DNA from: Melioribacteraceae bacterium | Lineage (GTDB): Bacteria > Bacteroidota > Ignavibacteria > Ignavibacteriales > Melioribacteraceae | Assembly: GCA_965224785.1 (NCBI GenBank) | Contig: OZ245062.1 | Location: 1,075,091-1,099,090, forward strand | Direction of reading: 5' to 3' | DNA length: 24,000 bases | Translations under genes and position numbers: made by a program | In this document: positions 8,031 through 15,400 of the stretch, one piece after another | Numbering within the stretch: the first letter of the stretch is position 1 | Layout: the number at the start of each line of letters is the position of its first letter | The notes under the pieces: generated by a model | The model's database searches: none | Told to the model about the DNA's origin: nothing | The model's input: the letters and a program-made list of their open reading frames with translations, nothing else

Positions 8031-8129
8031 TGTCATTCCGGTTTCTGTTTTTTGGAATACCGGAATCTCCGATCTAGAATTGTACGAAATTCTTGTGTTG
8101 AATAAAAGACAATGCAAACTGGAATGACA
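8031..8129. repeat. Full copy of TGTCAT...ATGACA element, CCGG subfamily (right arm degenerate), in tandem with the 7911-8011 copy
   Basis: 99 bp: tgtcattccggtttctgttttttggaataccggaatct...aaactggaatgaca. A 19-nt spacer separates it from the previous copy. It ends 28 nt before the TTG start at 8158. Confidence 0.8.
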
Positions 8130-8157
8130 GATGAAAATATAACAAAGGAAATTAAAT

Positions 8158-8916
8158 TTGAGAATAATAATTTTATTAACAATTTTTATTTTATCCACAA
8201 ATCTTTACTCGCAAGATCAACACTCAACTTTTACAGAAATTCTTAAAAGAAATGTTTCTGATGGGAAAGTTGATTATAAAGGATTGCTAACCGAAAAAAG
8301 TTTTGATATTTATCTCAACCAACTTAAAAATACAAATCCAGATACAATTAAAAACAAAAACAATAAACTAGCTTTTTGGATAAACGCATATAATGCTTTT
8401 ACATTAAAAATTATTCTTGATAACTATCCACTTGAAAGTATTAACGATTTACATAGTGGGGGACTAATTTTTGGGAGCATATTTAGTACAACTATTTGGG
8501 ATAAAGATTTTATTATAATCAATAATGGGGCAATTTCTCTTGGTGCAATTGAACATAAAATATTGAGAAAGAAATTTAATGAACCTAGAATACACTTTGC
8601 AATTGTATGTGCTTCAATCAGCTGTCCACCATTAAGGAATGAAGCTTTTGAAGGATATAAAATAGACGAACAATTAACTAGTCAAGCAAAGTTATTTGTA
8701 AATGATGTTACAAGAAATAAATTTGATATAAATAAAAAAGAAGCAGAGTTATCAAAAATATTTAGTTGGTTTGATGACGATTTTGGGAATGATGATGACA
8801 AGGTACTTTTGTTTATATCACAATTTCTACCAGAAGAATTGAAAAGTAACATTACAAATAATAGCACTGAGTGGGATATCGATTACTTAAGCTATAATTG
8901 GAATTTGAATGAATAG
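8158..8916 (+). CDS. Secreted DUF547 domain protein (paralogue 3)
   Basis: 252 aa. TTG start, with AAAGGAA 8 nt upstream and no in-frame ATG that would retain the signal peptide MRIIILLTIFILSTNLYSQ. Motifs: FWINAYNAFTLKIIL, IHFAIVCASISCPPL, LSKIFSWFDDDF, YLSYNWNLN. Confidence 0.8.
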   Translation: MRIIILLTIFILSTNLYSQDQHSTFTEILKRNVSDGKVDYKGLLTEKSFDIYLNQLKNTNPDTIKNKNNKLAFWINAYNAFTLKIILDNYPLESINDLHSGGLIFGSIFSTTIWDKDFIIINNGAISLGAIEHKILRKKFNEPRIHFAIVCASISCPPLRNEAFEGYKIDEQLTSQAKLFVNDVTRNKFDINKKEAELSKIFSWFDDDFGNDDDKVLLFISQFLPEELKSNITNNSTEWDIDYLSYNWNLNE

Positions 8917-8949
8917 AAAAACTAAACTAAGGTTTTGTTTTTTTTTGTT

Positions 8950-9052
8950 TGTCATTCCGGTTTCCAGTTCTTTTGGAATACCGGAATCTTCAAACTAACA
9001 AAGTATGAGATTCCGGTATCCCGCATAAGAAACTGCGGGAATCGGAATGACA
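8950..9052. repeat. Full copy of TGTCAT...ATGACA element, CCGG subfamily (best-preserved copy)
   Basis: 103 bp. Left arm hairpin ATTCCGGT(8954-8961)/ACCGGAAT(8980-8987). Right arm attccggtatcccgc...gcgggaatcggaat. Termini tgtcattccgg / atcggaatgaca. It ends 43 nt before the ATG at 9096. Confidence 0.85.
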
Positions 9053-9095
9053 ATTACTAATTGGGTGTAAATGGATTAAAAATAAAAGGAGAAGT

Positions 9096-9428
9096 ATGAA
9101 TTACTACGAATCAAAAGATTTAGGAAAATTTGCAGAAGTTGGAAAATTTAAAAAAGAACTAATGGACAAGTTTTTTGACTATTACAATAGTGTTCTTAAT
9201 GCAGATGGATCACTTACAAAACGTGAGAAGTCCTTGATAGCCTTAGCTGTTGCACATTCCAAACAATGTCCGTATTGTATTGATGCATACACAACATCAT
9301 GTTTAGAAAATGGTTCTAATCCGGATGAAATGACAGAAGCAATTCACGTTGCTGCTGCAATGGATGCTGGAATTGATTTGGTGCATGGAGTACAAATGTT
9401 AAACCAGTTTGATAAGTTAGGGGTATAA
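9096..9428 (+). CDS. AhpD-like / carboxymuconolactone decarboxylase-fold 'arsenosugar biosynthesis-associated peroxidase-like' protein (TIGR04169-like)
   Basis: 110 aa. AhpD-type motif ALAVAHSKQCPYCIDAYT (CxxC). Strong AGGAG SD. Its stop overlaps the ArsS start (TAATG at 9426-9430). Confidence 0.75.
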   Translation: MNYYESKDLGKFAEVGKFKKELMDKFFDYYNSVLNADGSLTKREKSLIALAVAHSKQCPYCIDAYTTSCLENGSNPDEMTEAIHVAAAMDAGIDLVHGVQMLNQFDKLGV

Positions 9429-10456
9429 TGGAAAAGTTGGATTTTGAAATACTAACTAAAAATGGAAGTACAGCAAAAAGTGAATTTGACTTTGCGAAAC
9501 ATTTAGAAAATCACAAAGTAGATATCTCTCCACTCTCTGTTGAGACACTGCAAGTTAACATTACGAAATTATGTAACCAAGCTTGTTTGCATTGTCATGT
9601 AGATTCATCTCCAAACAGAACGGAGCATATGGATTTGAGGACTATTGATAAATGTCTTGAAATTCTTGAAAGTGATGATAGAATTAAGAATTTAGATATT
9701 ACCGGAGGTGCTCCCGAACTACATCAGCACTTTAGATATATGGTTAAGGAAGCTCGTAAAATGAACAAGCGAGTAATGGTGCGTCATAACCTTACTGTTA
9801 CTCACGATCCTCATCCTAATACTGGCGAAAGTAATTTTGACCTTCCAGATTTTTTTGCTGAACAGAAAGTTGAACTAATTTCATCCTTACCATATTACCA
9901 AGAGTACTTTACAGATAAACAAAGAGGGCGAGGGGTTTTTGAAAAAAGTATTGACTCACTAAAAATGCTAAATGCAAAAGGGTATGGAAAGGGGAATCCG
10001 GAATTAACTTTAGACTTAGTTTATAATCCAGTTGGAGCTTTCCTTCCGGCATCCCAATGCGAGTTAAAAGAAAAATTTGAGAAAGAATTATCTGCAAATT
10101 TTGATATTACATTTGACAATTTATTTGTTGTAACAAATATGCCAATTCACAGATTTAAAAAAGATTTGGAACGTAGAAATGGATACGAAGATTATTTGGA
10201 CAAACTTGTTAATGCATTTAATCCAATAGCAGCAGAAGGTGTTATGTGTCGCTCTATGATTAGCGTTAGTTACGATGGCAAAGTTTATGACTGTGATTTT
10301 AATCAAATGTTAGAAATGCAAATAACAAATAAAACACCTCAAACTATTTTTGATTTTGATTATAAAAAATTATTAGAAAGAAAAATATTAGTTGACTCAC
10401 ATTGCTTTGGTTGTACTGCCGGAGCAGGGAGCAGTTGTGGTGGAGAGACAGCTTAG
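9428..10456 (+). CDS. arsS: Radical SAM / C-terminal Cys-rich domain protein, ArsS family (TIGR04167-like)
   Basis: 342 aa. Radical SAM CX3CX2C at C49/C53/C56 (KLCNQACLHCHV, nt 9572-9595). GGAPEL glycine-rich SAM motif. Cys-rich tail CRSMISVSYDGKVYDCDFN...HCFGCTAGAGSSCGGETA. Translationally coupled to the AhpD-like gene. Confidence 0.8.
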   Translation: MEKLDFEILTKNGSTAKSEFDFAKHLENHKVDISPLSVETLQVNITKLCNQACLHCHVDSSPNRTEHMDLRTIDKCLEILESDDRIKNLDITGGAPELHQHFRYMVKEARKMNKRVMVRHNLTVTHDPHPNTGESNFDLPDFFAEQKVELISSLPYYQEYFTDKQRGRGVFEKSIDSLKMLNAKGYGKGNPELTLDLVYNPVGAFLPASQCELKEKFEKELSANFDITFDNLFVVTNMPIHRFKKDLERRNGYEDYLDKLVNAFNPIAAEGVMCRSMISVSYDGKVYDCDFNQMLEMQITNKTPQTIFDFDYKKLLERKILVDSHCFGCTAGAGSSCGGETA

Positions 10457-10493
10457 GGATTAAACTGTACTTCTATTGTTGTATGTTTTATGT

Positions 10494-10646
10494 TGTCATT
10501 TCCAGCCACTCTTAAAAAAAACACCGATAAAAAACATCGGGGTAAACCGGGATAAACTTTGATTTGGAATCCATGAAATATTATTATATGGATTTCTCAG
10601 CCCAACAAAACGGCGGACAAGCTGATAAAGACATTCGGAAATGACA
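10494..10646. repeat. TGTCAT...ATGACA-bounded element, long variant
   Basis: 153 bp. Termini tgtcatttcc / ggaaatgaca. Internal hairpin ggaatccat...atggatttc. It also contains the cccaacaaaacggcggacaagctg motif shared with three other sites. It starts 38 nt after the ArsS stop. Confidence 0.7.
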
Positions 10647-10678
10647 AACAAGGAAAGTTGGACGTGGTATTTTCAATT

Positions 10679-10806
10679 TGTCATTCTGAATGAAGTGTCT
10701 TTTACTGAATGAAGAATCTTAGATATATTAAAGGTTGAGATATTTCCACCGCAAAATAACTGCGGGGTAAACGAACGTTCAAAATACAAACTTCTTCAAT
10801 ATGACA
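10679..10806. repeat. TGTCAT...ATGACA element, CTGA subfamily (long copy)
   Basis: 128 bp: tgtcattctgaatgaag...gaagaatct...gagatatttc...cttcaatatgaca. It shares these blocks with the copies at 19882 and 22257. Its terminal ATGACA supplies the ATG of track ORF 10801. Confidence 0.8.
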
Positions 10807-10857
10807 TGTCCATTTTCTTTTAGTCAAGAAACCACTTTAATTTTAAAGCATAACTTT

Positions 10858-11190
10858 ATGGATTTCGAAACAATTAAAATATGGTTTATGAGTTTAGGTG
10901 AAGAGTATGGAGTTAATCCCATTATCTTTGGAGCAATATATATAGCTGCAATTCCATTCTTTACATTGTCAATTGCATGGTTAGTTAAAAGCTTCAGAAA
11001 TAAAAAGTCTATTCTTCTACCAATGATATCAAGCGGATTCTTTTTTATCTCTGCATATTTGTATTTAATAATAGCTGGTAAAAATGTTCCAATTTGGGTT
11101 TATAGTTTTATCGTTCTTCTAGTTGTGTTCGGTGGGTTTACAACAATAAAAAAAGTTAAAGGACAATTTAGTAATCAGAGAGTTAAATAA
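10858..11190 (+). CDS. Small integral membrane protein (about 3 TM helices), function unknown
   Basis: The track ORF is 10801-11190, but its first 19 codons lie in or abut the repeat terminus. The internal ATG at 10858 (MDFETIKIWF...) is preferred. There are three hydrophobic stretches and I recognise no family. Confidence 0.5.
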   Translation: MDFETIKIWFMSLGEEYGVNPIIFGAIYIAAIPFFTLSIAWLVKSFRNKKSILLPMISSGFFFISAYLYLIIAGKNVPIWVYSFIVLLVVFGGFTTIKKVKGQFSNQRVK

Positions 11191-11373
11191 TAGTGATAGT
11201 AAATAACTATAGTCAATAATATTTTATATCTAATAAGGTTACTATTGAAAATAGATATTAAAATATTTTTTGTTATGAATTGCAAACTATAATAACTTCT
11301 TTTGAGAAAGAGAGCATAACTTGACACTCAACTACGTTAGTAGATGAAGATGGACATTATTAACTATTTATTC

Positions 11374-11844
11374 TTAATTTTTAGAAAACTTAAAACCCTT
11401 TATAGGTTCACGCAAAGTTAAAACTGGACACGGAGCTTTACGTACAACTTTTTCTGCCGTGCTACCAAATAAAAGATGCTCCATTCCAGTATGTCCGTGA
11501 GTTGCAATAATAATTAAATCAATATCTTCTTCAGCGGCAGTTTCGTTAATCTCAACAAAAGGTTTGCCAGTTTTTATTATTACATCCGTTTCAATTGTGT
11601 CGCCAATTTCTGTTTTGATTAAGGTATTCAATTCTTCTTTTGCTCTGTCCGTAATTTCAACATCAGACGATGGAAATGAAACTTGTCCCATACTAAAATC
11701 AGAGGGATAAATTACTGGTTCAATAACATAAACCAAATAGATTTTTGAGTTGAATTGTTTAGCAAAACTAACAGCGTAGCGAAGAGCATTTTTGGAGTAA
11801 TTAGAAAAATCAATTGGAACTAATATTTTGGATATATTGTTCAT
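11374..11844 (-). CDS. Universal stress protein (UspA family)
   Basis: 156 aa. ILVPIDFSNYSKNALRYA...DLIIIATHGHTGMEHLLFGSTAEKVVRKAPCPVLT is the canonical USP ATP-binding pattern. AAGGAG SD 8 nt upstream. Confidence 0.9.
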   Translation of the reverse strand: MNNISKILVPIDFSNYSKNALRYAVSFAKQFNSKIYLVYVIEPVIYPSDFSMGQVSFPSSDVEITDRAKEELNTLIKTEIGDTIETDVIIKTGKPFVEINETAAEEDIDLIIIATHGHTGMEHLLFGSTAEKVVRKAPCPVLTLREPIKGFKFSKN

Positions 11845-12008
11845 AACTGAAACTCCTTACTTTGTGGTATGAGTAAACTAATGGTAAGAAAAAAATATCA
11901 ATTTGTCAAATATTTTCATAATTGTAAAAGTCGGCTAATTGCTTAGAGGGAGTGATATGTTAAGTCTTCTGTAGCGTTGCACAAATTGCTGGTAATTATA
12001 TTCGCAGA

Positions 12009-12044
12009 CTGGAAAGTCCACGATACGTAGTGTAGACTTTCCAG
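12009..12044. repeat. 10-bp inverted repeat CTGGAAAGTC / GACTTTCCAG with a 16-nt loop
   Basis: Read directly: 12009-12018 pairs with 12035-12044. A second hairpin TAGTACTT(12061-68)/AAGTACTA(12072-79) lies 15 nt downstream (minus strand) of the HisA-like stop. Neither hairpin has a U-tract. Confidence 0.5.
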
Positions 12045-12094
12045 CATGCGTAGAAGTTTTTAGTACTTAGAAAGTACTAGCAAATGGAAATCAA

Positions 12095-12847
12095 TTAATC
12101 AAATATTCCAGACTCTGCAACTCGCCACATTTTCTGGCATGCAAATTTATTCTCGTACATAGCTCGCCCAATAATAACGGAGTCAATTCCAAACTCTGAA
12201 TTTTCTTGAACCGAAATTAAATCTTTATAATTACTTACACCTCCGGAAAGCGTAACTTTACCTTTTGTAGCTTGAGCAATATTTTTGCAAAGTTCAATGT
12301 TGGGTCCTTCTAACATTCCATTTCTTATCACATCAGTTACAACAAATCTATTTATTCCAAAGTCTGTAAGTTTTTTGGCAAACTCAATTGCTGACATTCC
12401 AGTTTTGTTTTTTCTGCCATGAGTTACAACTTCATTATTGATAACATCAATAGAGGCAGAGACTTTTGTTGGTCCATACTTTTCTAATATTTTCATATAT
12501 TCATTCGGATTAGAAACAGCAAGAGAGCCAACAACAATTCTAAATACACCAAGCTCAAAAATTTCATCAGCTTCTTCTAAGGAATGAATACCACCTCCAT
12601 ACTCAATTGGAATAATTACAGACTCGCAAATTTCACCAAGTATTTCATAGTTCTTATGCGAGTGATGATGAGACGAATCAAAATCTACAACGTGAATAAC
12701 CTTTGTATTTTCGGCTCGCCAAATCATTGCCATCTCTACTGGATCGTCTCCATACTCTTTGCAATTCAAATACGGAATTCCTTGTACAACTCTTACAGTT
12801 TTTCCATCTTTAATATCTAAAGATGGTATTACTAATATTTTATTCAT
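12095..12847 (-). CDS. HisA/HisF-family (beta/alpha)8-barrel protein (ProFAR isomerase-like), orphan
   Basis: MNKILVIPSLDIKDGKTVRVVQG...IPIEYGGGIHSLEEA...VVGSLAV...ASIDV...VVTDVIRNGMLEGPN...LSGGVSNYKDL...VIIGRAMYEN follows the HisA/HisF pattern. The track start at 12889 is a TTG adding 14 aa. The ATG at 12845-12847 gives the canonical N-terminus. No other his genes are nearby. Confidence 0.65.
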   Translation of the reverse strand: MNKILVIPSLDIKDGKTVRVVQGIPYLNCKEYGDDPVEMAMIWRAENTKVIHVVDFDSSHHHSHKNYEILGEICESVIIPIEYGGGIHSLEEADEIFELGVFRIVVGSLAVSNPNEYMKILEKYGPTKVSASIDVINNEVVTHGRKNKTGMSAIEFAKKLTDFGINRFVVTDVIRNGMLEGPNIELCKNIAQATKGKVTLSGGVSNYKDLISVQENSEFGIDSVIIGRAMYENKFACQKMWRVAESGIFD

Positions 12848-12928
12848 TTTATATTTCCCATGTAAATCAAATTGATTTTCGGATTTCAATATTATATATG
12901 TTTGTTACCCACGATATTGTTGTTCAAT

Positions 12929-12970
12929 AGATTCTGGTATTACTCAAAGAACGTGTAAACTGGAATGACA
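12929..12970. repeat. Half copy (right arm and terminus) of the CCGG-subfamily element
   Basis: agattctggtattac...gtaaactggaatgaca resembles the right half of the 8031-8129 copy. No left terminus was found. Confidence 0.5.
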
Positions 12971-12999
12971 ACCGGATGTATTTCATAATTTCGAAACCT

Positions 13000-14139
13000 T
13001 TATATCTTCCAAATACCTTTATCTTTTATAGCTTTTCTTGCAATTATTATTTTTTGAATTTCACTAGTACCTTCAAAAATTCTTATAACTCTTGTATCTC
13101 TATAAAATCTTTCAATAGGTAACTCTTGCGAAAAACCCATACCACCGTGGATTTGCAAAGCCATATCAGCAACTTCAGAAACGGCTTCCGAGCAAAATAG
13201 TTTAACCATTGCAGCTTCTTGTGCAACATTTTCATTTTTTTCATATTTTTCTGCAACTCTATAAAGCATACTTTCCATTGCGTAAATTTTAGTACTCATT
13301 TCTGCAATCATAAATTGAACACCTTGAAAACTAGAGATTGGTTTATCAAACTGTTTACGTTGTGCCGCATATTGAACAGACATTTCTAACAACTCTTTTG
13401 CTCCTCCAATGGAGCATGCTCCAATACCTATTCTTCCAGTGTCAAGAGTGTTCATTGCAACAATAAAACCACGTCCATCTTTGCCAATAATATTTTCTTC
13501 GGGTATCTCAACATTTTCAAAAGTTAGCGTATTTGTTACACTTCCTTTTATACCTAGTTTCTTTTCGTTAGGGCCAATAATTACTCCAGGAGAATTGCTA
13601 TCTACTACAAAGCCAGTAATCCCTCTTGGTGTTCTTGCAAAAACTGAAAACACATCTGCAATTGAACCGTTAGTAATCCACAATTTTTGTCCGTTAAGAA
13701 TCCATTTACCATTATCAAATTTAGCTGTTGTTTGTAAATTAAATGCATCCGAGCCTGCTCCAGGTTCGGTAAGTGCAAAAGCAGCTAGTTTTTTTCCACT
13801 AGTTAAATCGGGTAAATATTTTTGTTTTAATTCTTCAGAGCCACCAAGGTAAATTGCATTTGTTCCTATTGATTGATGTGCTCCAATGAAAGCAGCAGTA
13901 GATGCACAAGCTCGTGTAACTTCTTCTTGTGCGATACAAAAACCTACTTCACCAAATCCACCGCCGCCATATTCTTCGGGGAAAGCAGTTCCCAATAAAC
14001 CAACTTCACCTAATTTATCCATTAGCTCTTTGGGAATTTCTTCATTTTCATCAATTGATTTTGCTAATGGACGAATTTCAGCATTTGTAAAATCTCTAGC
14101 CATTTCCCTTAGCATTTGTAAGTCTTCTTTGGATGTCAT
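13000..14139 (-). CDS. Acyl-CoA dehydrogenase
   Basis: About 379 aa with typical ACAD blocks: ALTEPGAGSD, KWILNGQKLWITNG, QRKQFDKPISSFQGVQFMIAEM, IHGGMGFSQELPIERFYRDTRVIRIFEGTSEIQ. The track start at 14145 is a GTG. The ATG at 14137-14139 is preferred. Confidence 0.92.
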   Translation of the reverse strand: MTSKEDLQMLREMARDFTNAEIRPLAKSIDENEEIPKELMDKLGEVGLLGTAFPEEYGGGGFGEVGFCIAQEEVTRACASTAAFIGAHQSIGTNAIYLGGSEELKQKYLPDLTSGKKLAAFALTEPGAGSDAFNLQTTAKFDNGKWILNGQKLWITNGSIADVFSVFARTPRGITGFVVDSNSPGVIIGPNEKKLGIKGSVTNTLTFENVEIPEENIIGKDGRGFIVAMNTLDTGRIGIGACSIGGAKELLEMSVQYAAQRKQFDKPISSFQGVQFMIAEMSTKIYAMESMLYRVAEKYEKNENVAQEAAMVKLFCSEAVSEVADMALQIHGGMGFSQELPIERFYRDTRVIRIFEGTSEIQKIIIARKAIKDKGIWKI

Positions 14140-14280
14140 TTGCACTCAGATAAATTCAAAAATATTTTTTATATTTACAATTATAACATTTATTTTGTTT
14201 ATGTGTTTTGCATATTCAGATTATGACTACATTTACTTAAATCTTTGGTCATAGTTTCTTTAACCTACCTAGAATCACTT

Positions 14281-15348
14281 ATGAACCTTAAAGAAAAAAT
14301 ATTTCTTTTATCTATTGTTATTTTTATGGTGTCTTGCGATTATGGAAATAATCTAAAAGATTTTGGAACCACTATTTATAAAATCTACACATTTAATTTA
14401 TCTGATAGCACGCTACATGAAATATCAGATGGACTTAGACCAATTACATTATTTCAGGCAGACAAACTATTGTTTGTTACTGAAGAAAATTTTTCCTCAA
14501 AAGTTTGGTTATATGATTTTTCAACGAAAGGAAAAGAAATACTTGCCAATGACTTGCATCCACCCTTGTTTGATGATAGTGTTGTATCCCCAGATGAAAA
14601 ACATCTAGTATTTATTAAAGATAAAAAGCTAAAACTTATGGATTTAAATAGTGGTAATGTTCAAGTCATTGATTCATCTTCAAATGAACTGATACATATT
14701 CCAGTACCTAAGTTTTCAAATGATGGGAAATATATTGTCTATATATCCAGCGTAAAAGAAAAGATGGATTCTAGCAGTTCAAAATTCTATTATTTGAACA
14801 TTTATAATATTGTTTCGAAGAGTACAATATCAATTGATACTGCTTTTGTTAAAGGACATGATAGATTAGAAGCTAAATTTACAAATGATTCTAAAAAAGT
14901 TTATATGTTACGAGATGGCTGGCATCCTTCTAATTTTCGGCGTCAGTTTGAATTTACAATTTATAGTTTAGAACAAACTCCTAAACTGTTTAGAAAAAAA
15001 ACTATTTACACTTTTGATTACAGAAATAATTCTTGGAATATCGAGGATGATAAAATTTTAATTCTAGATAGAGTAGGTCTGAGAGAATATGATATCAAAA
15101 ATGATATTTTAACAAAAACCAAAAAAATAGATATTTCATTAAAGGAGTTTGAAATTAGAAAAGTAAAAAACTTAGATTATTTAATAGGAGCAGATGAAGA
15201 AAATAACATCCAACTAATAGATCTAAAAGGTGAAATAAAGTATAAAATAAAACCTAAAATTGAAGGACAAATTTATTGGGCAGATTATTTTCAGAAACAT
15301 AATTATATTCTATTTGCAACAAGCCAATATTTGCCACCACAAAATTGA
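14281..15348 (+). CDS. Lipoprotein, possible beta-propeller (TolB/PD40-like repeats)
   Basis: The track start at 14245 is a TTG. The ATG at 14281 gives MNLKEKIFLLSIVIFMVSC, a lipobox. Repeated motifs VSPDEKHLVFI and FSNDGKYIVYIS resemble PD40 blades. The functional call is weak. Confidence 0.55.
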   Translation: MNLKEKIFLLSIVIFMVSCDYGNNLKDFGTTIYKIYTFNLSDSTLHEISDGLRPITLFQADKLLFVTEENFSSKVWLYDFSTKGKEILANDLHPPLFDDSVVSPDEKHLVFIKDKKLKLMDLNSGNVQVIDSSSNELIHIPVPKFSNDGKYIVYISSVKEKMDSSSSKFYYLNIYNIVSKSTISIDTAFVKGHDRLEAKFTNDSKKVYMLRDGWHPSNFRRQFEFTIYSLEQTPKLFRKKTIYTFDYRNNSWNIEDDKILILDRVGLREYDIKNDILTKTKKIDISLKEFEIRKVKNLDYLIGADEENNIQLIDLKGEIKYKIKPKIEGQIYWADYFQKHNYILFATSQYLPPQN

Positions 15349-15400
15349 TATTCATTCTGCTTTCTTGACTTTTCAACGATAAATAGACATATTTAAATCT

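Noticed and set aside
7956-8198. 80-aa minus-strand ORF from the track
   Set aside because: It lies entirely within the tandem TGTCAT...ATGACA repeat copies (7911-8129) and overlaps the start of the DUF547 gene. Its sequence is low-complexity and repeat-derived, so it is spurious.
7911-9052. CRISPR array hypothesis for the recurring ~100-bp elements
   Set aside because: The units are about 100 bp with terminal and internal inverted repeats. They are irregularly spaced, with whole genes between them, and they diverge from one another. There is no regular repeat-spacer periodicity and no cas genes.
9096-10456. Selenocysteine recoding in the AhpD-like or ArsS proteins, since the family is said to include selenoproteins
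   Set aside because: Both ORFs are uninterrupted with no in-frame TGA. The C-terminal tail reads SSCGG with Cys, so this is a Cys-form homologue. I did not identify a SECIS-like hairpin. I am unsure of the exact Sec position in homologues.
10801-10857. ATG at 10801 as the start of the small membrane protein
   Set aside because: This ATG is the ATGACA terminus of the repeat at 10679-10806. The 19 extra residues are not hydrophobic or signal-like. The ATG at 10858 is preferred, though this is not proven.
12847-12889. TTG and GTG upstream starts proposed by the track (12889 TTG, 14245 TTG, 14145 GTG, 2520 TTG)
   Set aside because: In each case a nearby downstream ATG gives a canonical N-terminus: the HisA beta-1 strand, a lipobox signal, or the ACAD and globin starts. 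The upstream alternatives remain possible, with differences of 2 to 14 codons.
13409-14254. Two plus-strand ORFs (147 aa and 122 aa) antisense to the acyl-CoA dehydrogenase
   Set aside because: They are Pro/Ser-rich, low-complexity shadow ORFs on the strand opposite a very well-supported ACAD gene.
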